A DNA stretch of 32,000 nucleotides from Candidatus Korarchaeum cryptofilum OPF8 (GCF_000019605.1 NC_010482.1:1290001-1322000); one strand, 5' to 3'; numbered from the stretch's first letter, positions 18,913-26,759 are shown. Translations and numbers: made by a program. Notes: generated by a model not told the origin, from the sequence alone.

Positions 18913-20556
18913 ATGGCCTCTGCAGGTGAAGTGAGTGGAGGTGCGATACCCGTCCTGATATTGAAGGAAGGTACCTCTAGAACGAGAGGGAGGGAAGCTT
19001 TGAGGCTGAACATAACAGTCGCGAAGGCAATAGCGGACACTATAAGGACTTCTCTGAGCCCAAAGGGAATGCAGAAGATGCTAGTTGACCCATTTGGAGA
19101 CGTCATAATAACACATGATGGAGCAACTATAATGAAGGAAATTGAAGTTGAGCATCCTACCGCGAAGATGATGGTCGATCTGGCGAAGTCTCAGGAGCAG
19201 GAGGCTGGAGATGGAACCACGACAGTCGTCTTACTGGCCGGTGAGTTGCTATCGAAAGCCGAGGATCTATTGGATCTCGGCATTCACCCGACGGTCATAA
19301 TATCGGGCTACAGGAAAGCCGCTGAGAAGGCTATAGAGTACCTGAATGAGATAGCTATGAGAGTGGATTGGAAGGATAAGGAGTTGCTCAAGAAGATAGC
19401 TAAGATAGCTATGGGTAGCAAATCCATAAGGGTCGCTCAGGACTACTTAGCGGATCTTGTCGTTGACGCCGCACTGCAAGTCGTTGAGGAGAGGGACGGC
19501 AGGAGGATAGTGGACCTCGAGAACATAAAGCTGGAGAAGAAGGAGGGGGGCTCACTCTTCGATACGAAGCTGATAAGGGGGATAGTCGTAGATAAGGAAG
19601 TAGTACATCCCAGGATGCCTAAGAGGGTTGAGAAGGCTAGGATAGCCCTTATAGAGAGCGCTTTAGAGATAAAGAAGCCTGAAATTTCCTCTAAAATAAG
19701 GGTAACCTCCCCAGCTCAGGTCAAGGACTTCTTGGATCAGGAGAAGCAGATGCTCGCAGAACTCGTCGAGAAGATAGCTGCAGCAGGAGCTAATGTGGTC
19801 TTCTGTCAGAAGGGTATAGATGATGTTGCCCAGCACTTCCTAGCCAAGCACGGCATACTCGCAGTGAGGAGAGTGAGGAAGTCCGATATGGAGAAGCTAG
19901 CTAAGGCCACGGGAGCAAAGATAGTAGTTAATGTGAAGGAGATATCGGAGAAGGACCTAGGATTCGCTGAACTCGTTGAGGAGAGGAGAGTTGGAGAGGA
20001 TAAGATGGTATTCGTTGAGGGGTGCAAGGACCCGAGAGCTGTGAGCATACTCATAAGGGGAGGAGAGAAGCAGGTAATTGATGAGGCAGAGAGGAACCTC
20101 CATGATGCTTTAAGTGTCGTGAGAAACGTTATAGAGGATGGAAAGATAGTAGTAGGGGCTGGAGCAGCATGGATGGACCTAGTGCTTAAACTGAGGAATT
20201 ACTCAGTGCAGTTAAGCGGGAAGGAGCAGAACGTAGTTGAGAAATTCGCTGAGGCTTTAGAGTCTATTCCGAAGACACTAATAGAGAACGCTGGCCACGA
20301 TCCCATAATAAAGCTCGCAGAGCTGAGGAAGGCTCATGCTGAGGGCAAGAAGGAGTATGGATTCAACATATACACGGGAGAAGTTGAGGATATGTATAGG
20401 AGAGACATAATAGAGCCGGAGAGGGTGCTAAGGAGGGCCATAGAGTCCGCTGCTGAGTTCGCCACGACAATATTGAAGATAGATGACATAATAGCCGCTG
20501 CCGGTAAGAAGTTCGAGCCCGGAAAGGGAAAGGGAGAAAAGAGCGAGAGTGATTGA
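18913..20556 (+). CDS. ths: Thermosome subunit (group II chaperonin)
   Basis: 547 aa. Has LSPKGMQKMLVD, GDGTTTVVLLAGELL, VGAGAAWMD and the IDDIIAA C-terminal motif. GGGGTGAT SD lies 7 nt upstream of the ATG. Confidence 0.97.
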   Translation: MASAGEVSGGAIPVLILKEGTSRTRGREALRLNITVAKAIADTIRTSLSPKGMQKMLVDPFGDVIITHDGATIMKEIEVEHPTAKMMVDLAKSQEQEAGDGTTTVVLLAGELLSKAEDLLDLGIHPTVIISGYRKAAEKAIEYLNEIAMRVDWKDKELLKKIAKIAMGSKSIRVAQDYLADLVVDAALQVVEERDGRRIVDLENIKLEKKEGGSLFDTKLIRGIVVDKEVVHPRMPKRVEKARIALIESALEIKKPEISSKIRVTSPAQVKDFLDQEKQMLAELVEKIAAAGANVVFCQKGIDDVAQHFLAKHGILAVRRVRKSDMEKLAKATGAKIVVNVKEISEKDLGFAELVEERRVGEDKMVFVEGCKDPRAVSILIRGGEKQVIDEAERNLHDALSVVRNVIEDGKIVVGAGAAWMDLVLKLRNYSVQLSGKEQNVVEKFAEALESIPKTLIENAGHDPIIKLAELRKAHAEGKKEYGFNIYTGEVEDMYRRDIIEPERVLRRAIESAAEFATTILKIDDIIAAAGKKFEPGKGKGEKSESD

Positions 20557-20813
20557 GATTGAATAGCGATCTGTTGGGTCCTAAAAGACTAACGAAATTT
20601 GAAAAGGTCAGGATAATATCTGTGAGAGCCCAGCAGATCGCCACCGGATCCCCTCTTTTTTTGGAGGAGAACGAAATACCGGAGGGATTGACAGATCCCA
20701 TAGAATTAGCAAAACTGGAGCTTGAGAAGGGCAAGCTCCCTATTCTGATAGGCAGAAAGGAGGGGGAGAGGGTCTCCCTCATAAATATAGAGAGGCTGTT
20801 GAGGGGAGAGTAA
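20553..20813 (+). CDS. rpoK: DNA-directed RNA polymerase subunit K (Rpo6/omega-like)
   Basis: LTKFEKVRIISVRAQQIATGSPLFL matches the Rpo6/RpoK core (LTRYExARIIGARALQ). There is no in-frame ATG. Candidate starts are the TTG at 20553 (overlapping the thermosome TGA as TTGA), the TTG at 20559, or the TTG at 20574. Confidence 0.85.
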   Translation: MRLNSDLLGPKRLTKFEKVRIISVRAQQIATGSPLFLEENEIPEGLTDPIELAKLELEKGKLPILIGRKEGERVSLINIERLLRGE

Positions 20814-20887
20814 CCTTTTTAATTAGATCAAGGTGAAGTTCAGTAACCTCAGACCCTTCGCGACAGGGGATATAAGAGGTGAGGTAC

Positions 20888-21169
20888 ATGGTGGCAGAGG
20901 AAGGAATAGTGTTTGTTGGAAAGAAACCGGCCATAAACTATGTTATGGCCACAACTCTCCAGATAAATAGAGGTGTTAAGAAGATAGTGCTGAAGGCAAG
21001 GGGCAGGTCCATCTCAAGGGCGGTGGATGTGGCTGAGATAACCAGGCTCAAGTACTTCCCGGGCAAGCTGAAGATCACAGACCTCAGGACCGGGACTGAG
21101 GAGATAATAGACGAGAATGGAAGCAGAAGGGATATAAGCGTCATAGAGATAGAGATGACCCAGGTTTAA
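20888..21169 (+). CDS. albA: Chromatin protein Alba (Sac10b family)
   Basis: VFVGKKPAINYVMA...IVLKARGRSISRAVDVAEI...VIEIEM is near-canonical Alba. The ATG at 20888 follows the SD GAGGTGAGG, and the GTG at 20879 lies inside that SD. Confidence 0.92.
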   Translation: MVAEEGIVFVGKKPAINYVMATTLQINRGVKKIVLKARGRSISRAVDVAEITRLKYFPGKLKITDLRTGTEEIIDENGSRRDISVIEIEMTQV

Positions 21170-21239
21170 GCCCGGGAATCTTCCAACGATTTTTGACCGA
21201 AAATTTCTTATTCTCCCTTTTCTTATCCTCTGGATCCTT

Positions 21240-22859
21240 ATGAGCGAAAGTGGCCCGACTTTCTGGCTGGATAGGATAGCTAGGAATGTAGTCGAGAGGG
21301 AGAGGAGAATAGGGAGGAATCTAAAAGTCTTAAGGGTCGAATCTGGAATAGGAGCTAGTGGATTCCCGCATATAGGATCCGTTGGGGACTCCCTCAGAGC
21401 TTATGGTGTTAAGTTGGCTTTGGAGAGCATGGGCTACAAGAGCGAGTTAATAGCTTACAGCGATGATAGGGACGGCCTGAGGAAGGTCCCCGCCGGCATA
21501 CCTGAGGATTACAGCAAGTACTTAGGGATGCCCGTGAGTGAGATACCCGATCCCTTCGGATGTCATGTGAGCTACGGAGAGCACATGAGCTCTATATTGA
21601 TGGATGCTCTCGAGAAGCTCGGTATAGAGTTCACCTTCATTTCAGGGACTGAGGCCTATAGATCGGGCCTCTTGGATGAGCAAGTCAGTAAGCTGATAGC
21701 GAATAGCGGGAGAGTCGATAGGATCATAAGGGAGGAGGTCGGCACAAACAAACCGGAGGGATGGATCTATTACTGGCCAAAGTGCGAGAAATGTGGAAGA
21801 ATATATACGACTAGAGTAATTGAGGTGATTCCTGAGGAGGGGAAGGTCATTTACAAGTGCGATCAGGGATTCAAGGGTGTGAGAGGTTGCGGGCACGTGG
21901 GCGAGGCTAGCTACCTGAGGGGAGAGGGGAAGTTGTCCTGGAAGGGGGAGTTCGCCGCGAGGTGGTCGGCTTTGGGAATAGTATTTGAGCCCCACGGCAA
22001 AGATATATCTGATTCTTTCAGAGTAAATGCGAGAATAGCTAAAGAAGTTTTAGAATATGAGCCGCCTCTCACCGTCAGGTATGAGATGTTCTTAGATAGG
22101 ACGGGGAGGAAGATAAGCAAGAGCGCCGGGAATGTGATAACCCCACAGATGTGGATGGACTTTTCACCTCCAGAAGCTCTAAGAATGATGATGTTCAAAA
22201 GATACCACGGGACTAGAAGTATTTCTCTACAAAAGTCCCCCCTTTACATAAATGAGCTGGAACTAAACTTAAGGAGATATCACGGGCTGGAGAAGGTTGG
22301 GAGCGAGAGGGATAGAGTGACAATGAGGAGGCTCATGGAATTCACCTATCTTATGGAGGGAGTCCCGAATCCTCCTCCATATAGGTACTCAGCCGTGTTG
22401 AATGTCATCTCTATGCTCCCTCAGGAGCTCGGATTTGAGGAGATCCTGAGGATAACGAGAGAGCTCATATCCAGGTACTACGATATGAAACCCGAGGATC
22501 TTGAGAAAGATACTATCTTCGAGAGTTACGTCAGGTACGCATACAATTACGTTAAGTATTTTGGGAGGGGAGTCAGAGAGAAAATAGAAATCAAGAAGAG
22601 CACTTTAGATGCCATAAATTCGTTCATTGAGGCTATAAATCCTGACATGAGCCCCGATGAGATGCAGAACATCGCATTCGAAATAGCTAAAAAGTTTGAA
22701 GTACCGCCCAAGGAATTCTTCTCAGCCATATACTTGGCGGTGCTCGGTCAGCCCCAAGGACCCAGACTGGGGCCCCTGATCGGCAGGCTTGGGGTGCAAA
22801 GATTTAAGGAAATATTGATGAGATCCTTAGAGGAGAGGGGAGTAGTTGGAGAGGGATGA
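21240..22859 (+). CDS. lysK: Lysyl-tRNA synthetase, class I
   Basis: 539 aa. Has the HIGH-type motif PHIGS, the KMSKS-type motif KISKSAGN and a Cys cluster (CEKCGR...CD...GCGH), as in archaeal class I LysRS. Confidence 0.93.
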   Translation: MSESGPTFWLDRIARNVVERERRIGRNLKVLRVESGIGASGFPHIGSVGDSLRAYGVKLALESMGYKSELIAYSDDRDGLRKVPAGIPEDYSKYLGMPVSEIPDPFGCHVSYGEHMSSILMDALEKLGIEFTFISGTEAYRSGLLDEQVSKLIANSGRVDRIIREEVGTNKPEGWIYYWPKCEKCGRIYTTRVIEVIPEEGKVIYKCDQGFKGVRGCGHVGEASYLRGEGKLSWKGEFAARWSALGIVFEPHGKDISDSFRVNARIAKEVLEYEPPLTVRYEMFLDRTGRKISKSAGNVITPQMWMDFSPPEALRMMMFKRYHGTRSISLQKSPLYINELELNLRRYHGLEKVGSERDRVTMRRLMEFTYLMEGVPNPPPYRYSAVLNVISMLPQELGFEEILRITRELISRYYDMKPEDLEKDTIFESYVRYAYNYVKYFGRGVREKIEIKKSTLDAINSFIEAINPDMSPDEMQNIAFEIAKKFEVPPKEFFSAIYLAVLGQPQGPRLGPLIGRLGVQRFKEILMRSLEERGVVGEG

Positions 22860-23322
22860 AAGGATAAAAAATTTATTGATGCTCAGGGACTTCCTGAAGA
22901 GGAGGGCCGAGAAGCTAGAGAAGGAACTCATATCCCTTAGGAGGATGATAGAGTCTCTAGATGAGGTTCTCCTAGAGCAGACGATTGTAACAGCAGATAA
23001 ACTTAAAGAAACTCGGAAGAATATTGAAGAGAGGAAATTGTACTCTGATGATGGCAAGTTCCTTGGAAATCTGATTCTGGATAGGGATAAGGGGACGCTC
23101 ACATTCACCCCTGAGGATAATGTCCTCATAAACTCAAAGGAAAGACCGATAAGGTCCTTCCTAGCTAGGAAGATAGAGGAGCTGGGCGGGAGCATGGAAG
23201 TCGAGGAAGATGCTAGAGGGATGCTCAGAGGCCTCAAGGTGATGCTCAAGGACAGGAAGGATGTAGATAGGATAGTCAACTACATGAGGTGGGCATTCTC
23301 GAAATCTATCGTCAGCCAATAA
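22846..23322 (+). CDS. Hypothetical coiled-coil protein
   Basis: About 158 aa, with a charged helical N-terminus then a mixed domain. Start is either the TTG at 22846 (14-nt overlap with lysK) or the ATG at 22879. I recognise no family. Coding is supported only by length, composition and the absence of a better competing frame. Confidence 0.5.
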   Translation: MERDERIKNLLMLRDFLKRRAEKLEKELISLRRMIESLDEVLLEQTIVTADKLKETRKNIEERKLYSDDGKFLGNLILDRDKGTLTFTPEDNVLINSKERPIRSFLARKIEELGGSMEVEEDARGMLRGLKVMLKDRKDVDRIVNYMRWAFSKSIVSQ

Positions 23323-23578
23323 AGATGGGAAGTGAATTCGCATTTACTGAGAGAAGGATATATATTATAACTAAGATGACCACTACTTCTAGAATTTCTT
23401 TACTAGTATTCTCGAGGAAGGGGAGGAGTATGAACGCTATTATCACAAGCACCACTATTGCCGTAGATAGAACTGGATTTATGATGGGCCATAAATCCCT
23501 CAAAAGTTCAAGTAAATTAGATAGTATGAATGCTAGAGCCCCTCTCAGATATTCGAGGAAGAGGGAGCTAGGATCCAA
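23312..23578 (-). CDS. Small polytopic membrane protein, last gene of the small-protein operon
   Basis: 88 aa with 2-3 hydrophobic helices. The start overlaps the upstream gene stop by 11 nt. Preferred over the + strand ORF 23289-23672, which is compositionally poor and cuts across two coupled - strand genes. Confidence 0.5.
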   Translation of the reverse strand: MDPSSLFLEYLRGALAFILSNLLELLRDLWPIINPVLSTAIVVLVIIAFILLPFLENTSKEILEVVVILVIIYILLSVNANSLPIFIG

Positions 23579-24371
23579 TTTCCATCTCCCTCAAGCACAC
23601 GAAACCTTTATATTCCCTCCCTTTAGCTATTATCAACGCGTAGGGATCCTTCAGAGTTATATAGAGGTGTAAGTAGACCCTAGGCTTTTCATCCTCGAAC
23701 CAATAGAAATAGCTATAATTTATCTTAAGCTCTAAATCAGAAGAGTATTCCTTCCTTATCTCCGCTACCGCCTCTTTAAGGCAATTGAAGAAAGCTGATA
23801 AATTATATTTTGAGGTAGAAAGCTCCCCTTCCAGTGAGCACTTAGAAACCGCGTTTTTTATATCTCTCTCGAGCCAGTCAAGCATCCTCTTCATCCTGTA
23901 GTAAGCCGTTATCCCGCATCCCATCGCATCAATGTTACGCTCCCCCTTTATCCCCGTTAATCCATCTTCTATGCCTACTTTACCTTTTGCAGTGAAGCCT
24001 ATGCCTCCATTCCTGCACTTCTCCCCAAAATAGCCTTTTTCTCCCCCGCGAGTTTCGAAGGCTTCGAAGCTCAGATCTATGGATGGGAGGAAGGCCTTGT
24101 TGCTCAAATCGCTAGCGATCATTTCCCTGAACTCATTACCATCTATTTTCGGAAGCACGTTGCAAGCGGTATTATTCATGGAATAGAGGAAGCTATCGAC
24201 CTTATACCTGGCGTATATCAGAGCTCTAGGCTCAATGGATTCGAGCTCAGCATATAAAGAGTACGCTCTCAGCTTACCCTTATACTCATAATACTCCGCC
24301 TGAGGCGTATAATGAGTAACTAAGAAGAAAGCCAGCATTAAAGCGAAAAATACTATTAGGGCTTCTCTCAT
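23568..24371 (-). CDS. N-terminally anchored extracytoplasmic protein (pilus-associated candidate)
   Basis: 267 aa with one N-terminal hydrophobic helix (MREALIVFFALMLAFFLV). The remainder is soluble and contains several Cys. The ATGA overlap with the upstream gene at 24368-24371 indicates translational coupling. Confidence 0.6.
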   Translation of the reverse strand: MREALIVFFALMLAFFLVTHYTPQAEYYEYKGKLRAYSLYAELESIEPRALIYARYKVDSFLYSMNNTACNVLPKIDGNEFREMIASDLSNKAFLPSIDLSFEAFETRGGEKGYFGEKCRNGGIGFTAKGKVGIEDGLTGIKGERNIDAMGCGITAYYRMKRMLDWLERDIKNAVSKCSLEGELSTSKYNLSAFFNCLKEAVAEIRKEYSSDLELKINYSYFYWFEDEKPRVYLHLYITLKDPYALIIAKGREYKGFVCLREMEIGS

Positions 24372-24637
24372 CCTCCTCCCCTCTTCTCGCTCACCTCCAC
24401 TTTCAGGAAGCCATTCGGACCTGGGATCATGAGGCAGTAAGCTATTTCAGAGGAGCTGCATTCCTTAACCGTCACATTCATCAGTAACTTATATCCCAGC
24501 TCCTTAACTCGAGCTAACGCTTTCAATGCAGCTTCCTCCTTCCACTCCACCTGATAGCCCTGATGGATGAAGATGGGCTTCAGGAATACGAAGAGGAGCA
24601 AAAAAACGCTTATGAGTAGAGCTAAGAGTAGCCTCAT
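24368..24637 (-). CDS. Small N-terminally anchored protein (minor-pilin-like candidate)
   Basis: 89 aa with the N-terminal helix MRLLLALLISVFLLLFVFL and a small beta-rich C-domain. Coupled on both sides by 4-nt overlaps. Confidence 0.55.
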   Translation of the reverse strand: MRLLLALLISVFLLLFVFLKPIFIHQGYQVEWKEEAALKALARVKELGYKLLMNVTVKECSSSEIAYCLMIPGPNGFLKVEVSEKRGGG

Positions 24638-24702
24638 ACTAACGCCCAGATTATCAGGAAGCTGAGGGCAGCTACGACTATTAGGAGCTCGAGTTCATCC
24701 AT
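24634..24702 (-). CDS. 22-aa single-helix micro-ORF (MDELELLIVVAALSFLIIWALV)
   Basis: Not in the ORF track (too short). The ATG at 24700-24702 starts 1 nt after the upstream TAA (24704-24706). Its TGA (24634-24636) overlaps the next gene's ATG (ATGA). The peptide is one hydrophobic helix with an acidic N-terminus. Translated by hand codon by codon. Confidence 0.4.
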   Translation of the reverse strand: MDELELLIVVAALSFLIIWALV

Positions 24703-24703
24703 A

Positions 24704-24913
24704 TTAACCCCCATAGCCACTATCTAATCCATAGTCACTAGCGTCTAATCCTAGGGATTCAGCCAGCCTTTGAACTTCCTCTATAGCTTTTAGGATCTCC
24801 TCAGCTTCGCTTTTATCGAAGAGTTGATCCGCTAGTGTTAGAAGAGATATTAAAGCTAAGACGATAGCTAAAGTCATCAGATCTAAGAGTATCTCCCTAA
24901 TGCCTCCCTCCAT
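24704..24913 (-). CDS. Small pilin-like protein (Flp-sized)
   Basis: 69 aa. MEGG-IREILLDLMTLAIVLALISLL is followed by a short acidic helical tail. It shares the I-[ER]-x-[IV]-L-L-x-L N-terminal motif with the 133-aa and 87-aa proteins. Overlaps the upstream gene by 17 nt. Confidence 0.55.
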   Translation of the reverse strand: MEGGIREILLDLMTLAIVLALISLLTLADQLFDKSEAEEILKAIEEVQRLAESLGLDASDYGLDSGYGG

Positions 24914-25298
24914 CTGACCACCTCAACTCAGCTACCGCAAAACCATCCGCGGAGCGACGCCATGAGGCTACGAACCTCCCGTAAAGGTAAGCCTCCCCTT
25001 CACAGCTCAATTGAAACGGGTAGCTCAAGCTCACCGAAGAGTTCCCTGCCTCAAGATATACAGTACCGCCCTCGCATCTATACACAACTTTAACGGGCAG
25101 GAATACGTAGCTTGAAGCGACTCCGCCCCCGATACTATTAGTTATAGCTAGATCAACTGCCCTCGCAGCGACATTGAGGCAATTCTGATCCCTCTCCCCC
25201 GCTACTTGAGCCATCCCCTGATTTATCGCTGGCAATATCGCTATGATCGTAGCCAATCCTATTAACGTTAACAGCACCTTCTCAATTGAGAGAATCAT
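24897..25298 (-). CDS. Pilin-like protein with N-terminal hydrophobic helix and beta-rich Cys-containing domain
   Basis: 133 aa. MILS-IEKVLLTLIGLATIIAIL is followed by a globular part with 3 Cys. This is pilin-like architecture. Confidence 0.6.
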   Translation of the reverse strand: MILSIEKVLLTLIGLATIIAILPAINQGMAQVAGERDQNCLNVAARAVDLAITNSIGGGVASSYVFLPVKVVYRCEGGTVYLEAGNSSVSLSYPFQLSCEGEAYLYGRFVASWRRSADGFAVAELRWSDGGRH

Positions 25299-25422
25299 TC
25301 AACTCCCTCCACAGCAGGATGAAGAAGAGAGCCGCGGCTAAGGGATAGTAGAGAGGAGCTGATGATAGCGAGATCAGGATTAGGAGCATGCCGAGCAGTA
25401 GCGAGTATATGAGCCTCATCAT
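25282..25422 (-). CDS. 46-aa two-helix micro-ORF (MMRLIYSLLLGMLLILISLSSAPLYYPLAAALFFILLWRELNDSLN)
   Basis: Not in the ORF track. The ATG ATG at 25417-25422 follows the GAGGA-containing sequence GAGGAAGCGAATTAT. Its stop at 25282-25284 gives a 17-nt overlap with the next gene, the same overlap length as the 24897-24913 junction. The peptide is a hydrophobic hairpin. Hand-translated. Confidence 0.4.
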   Translation of the reverse strand: MMRLIYSLLLGMLLILISLSSAPLYYPLAAALFFILLWRELNDSLN

Positions 25423-25498
25423 ATAATTCGCTTCCTCTAATCTTTAAGATCTAAGAACTTTTTGAAAATTAAATAATTCTTTCGCGAATATATCATGC

Positions 25499-25505
25499 TT
25501 TAAAT
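25499..25505 (+). promoter_or_regulatory. TATA-like box (TTTAAAT) for the 87-aa pilin-like gene
   Basis: Centred about 23 nt upstream of the ATG at 25525 in a 102-bp A/T-rich divergent spacer. Fits a leaderless transcript. Confidence 0.45.
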
Positions 25506-25524
25506 CCCCTAGCCCCTAACTATT

Positions 25525-25788
25525 ATGCAACAGACTATAGAGACCATCCTCCTGATCCTGATAACGGTGGCTCTGATAATCACCGCACCTTTAATGCTGG
25601 CAGAAGGAGCGTGGAAGATAGCCTCGGAAGCGGGGACTAAGGCATGGACCGATGTAGGTAACGCTTGGAACAGCTGGTTGAACTTCTATAACTGGCTCAT
25701 GGATTCCATAGATAATCTCCTCTTCGGAGGAGGTAAAGGAGGAACTGCGACTAATACCACCGCAGGGAATTCTACGTCTGGGAAATAA
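25525..25788 (+). CDS. Small pilin-like protein, candidate major subunit
   Basis: 87 aa. MQQTIETILLILITVALIITAPL matches the archaeal class III signal core QxSxExxxL (as Q-Q-T-I-E-T-I-L-L) starting at residue 2. It has a Trp/Asn-rich middle and a G/T/N/S-rich tail with the N-glycosylation sequons NTT and NST. It has its own promoter and an oligo-T terminator. Confidence 0.6.
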   Translation: MQQTIETILLILITVALIITAPLMLAEGAWKIASEAGTKAWTDVGNAWNSWLNFYNWLMDSIDNLLFGGGKGGTATNTTAGNSTSGK

Positions 25789-25796
25789 CGAGCTCC

Positions 25797-25816
25797 CTTT
25801 TCTTCTCTCTTTTTTA
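25797..25816 (+). terminator. Oligo-T/pyrimidine tract after the 87-aa gene
   Basis: cttttcttctctctttttta begins 9 nt after the stop codon. T-runs are the usual archaeal termination signal. Confidence 0.4.
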
Positions 25817-25847
25817 TAAAGAAATCGAGCTCTTTAGAGCGGGTAAC

Positions 25848-26759
25848 TCACAAAAAGTGGAAGAGGTAGCTTGCTAGTAGGAATGCTGAGGAATAAGCTA
25901 GAGCTGCCTGAATCGAGTAAGCTAGAGGCTTCGATATCAGTATAGCTATAGCTAATCCTAAGGAGAAGAGAGTTAGTTGAGGAGCGTTTAAGCCCAGCTG
26001 CCCCAAAATATAGCTGAGAGCTACGTTTATCGCTGCAACTACGATGAGAGAAATTATGAGGAGGATGCGAGTGGATTTTATGTTGGCCTTCCACTCATCC
26101 AGTATCTCATTTAAGGCCCTCAGTATTGAGGCAGTCCTGCGCATCATATTCTTCAATGCCTCCCTGTCCGATACGGTTTTCAGGAACTCGAAGTATTCTG
26201 GTAGCTCAACATCATCGACTACGCTAGCCTCATATAATTTGAGGTGCCTCAAAGCGTATATTACGCCTGATCCTCTCTCCAAATCGCTGGCCATAGCATC
26301 AGCTACATTTGGATCTTCTATCTTCAGCTCGCTATATCCTGGCATGAGAGGGTATAATGAGAGCAGGAGGAGGGGGAGGAAGGGAGGTATAATTATTCTG
26401 TAGCTGAGGAACGCTATGAACAAAGATAAGCCTAGGGAGAGAGTTATCCCTATCTCTATCCAGTTCCTCCTGACCTTTAAATCCTCCTCATAGAGCTTCG
26501 AGATCAAATTTAGTGCTGCTTTCGTAGCTGATTCCTCCTCAGCCCCCTCCAGTAAGCCAGCCAAATACTTTTTGAGGAAACCTAAGGCATCGTAAACCGC
26601 TTTTTTCGCAGAGATTCCTTCAACCGCTACGCAGCCATATCTGTTTAAGGCCATCAAGCCAAGAGCGGGGGAGCTGAGGTAACCTATCACAAATTTCTGC
26701 ACTAATTTTATCCTCTTTACGGTCTTACTCTCCGCCTTTTCTCCTAGCAACCTCCTCAT
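25848..26759 (-). CDS. Polytopic membrane protein, putative assembly platform (TadB/C- or FlaJ-like by context)
   Basis: 303 aa. It alternates a helical cytoplasmic segment (1-100), 2 TM, a second soluble helical segment (~145-215) and 2-3 TM. The ATG overlaps the ATPase gene end by 35 nt. Homology to T2SSF is inferred from architecture and position, not verified. Confidence 0.6.
   Translation of the reverse strand: MRRLLGEKAESKTVKRIKLVQKFVIGYLSSPALGLMALNRYGCVAVEGISAKKAVYDALGFLKKYLAGLLEGAEEESATKAALNLISKLYEEDLKVRRNWIEIGITLSLGLSLFIAFLSYRIIIPPFLPLLLLSLYPLMPGYSELKIEDPNVADAMASDLERGSGVIYALRHLKLYEASVVDDVELPEYFEFLKTVSDREALKNMMRRTASILRALNEILDEWKANIKSTRILLIISLIVVAAINVALSYILGQLGLNAPQLTLFSLGLAIAILISKPLAYSIQAALAYSSAFLLASYLFHFL

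Noticed and set aside
18762-19106. 114-aa - strand ORF overlapping the thermosome 5' end
   Set aside because: It is antisense to the highly conserved thermosome N-terminus. It would also overlap the lhr start region. No motif or start signal supports it.
23289-23672. 127-aa + strand ORF downstream of the 158-aa gene
   Set aside because: It cuts across two - strand genes that are translationally coupled (11-nt overlap at 23568-23578). Its sequence is Ser/Thr/Arg-rich without features. The - strand products are coherent membrane proteins.
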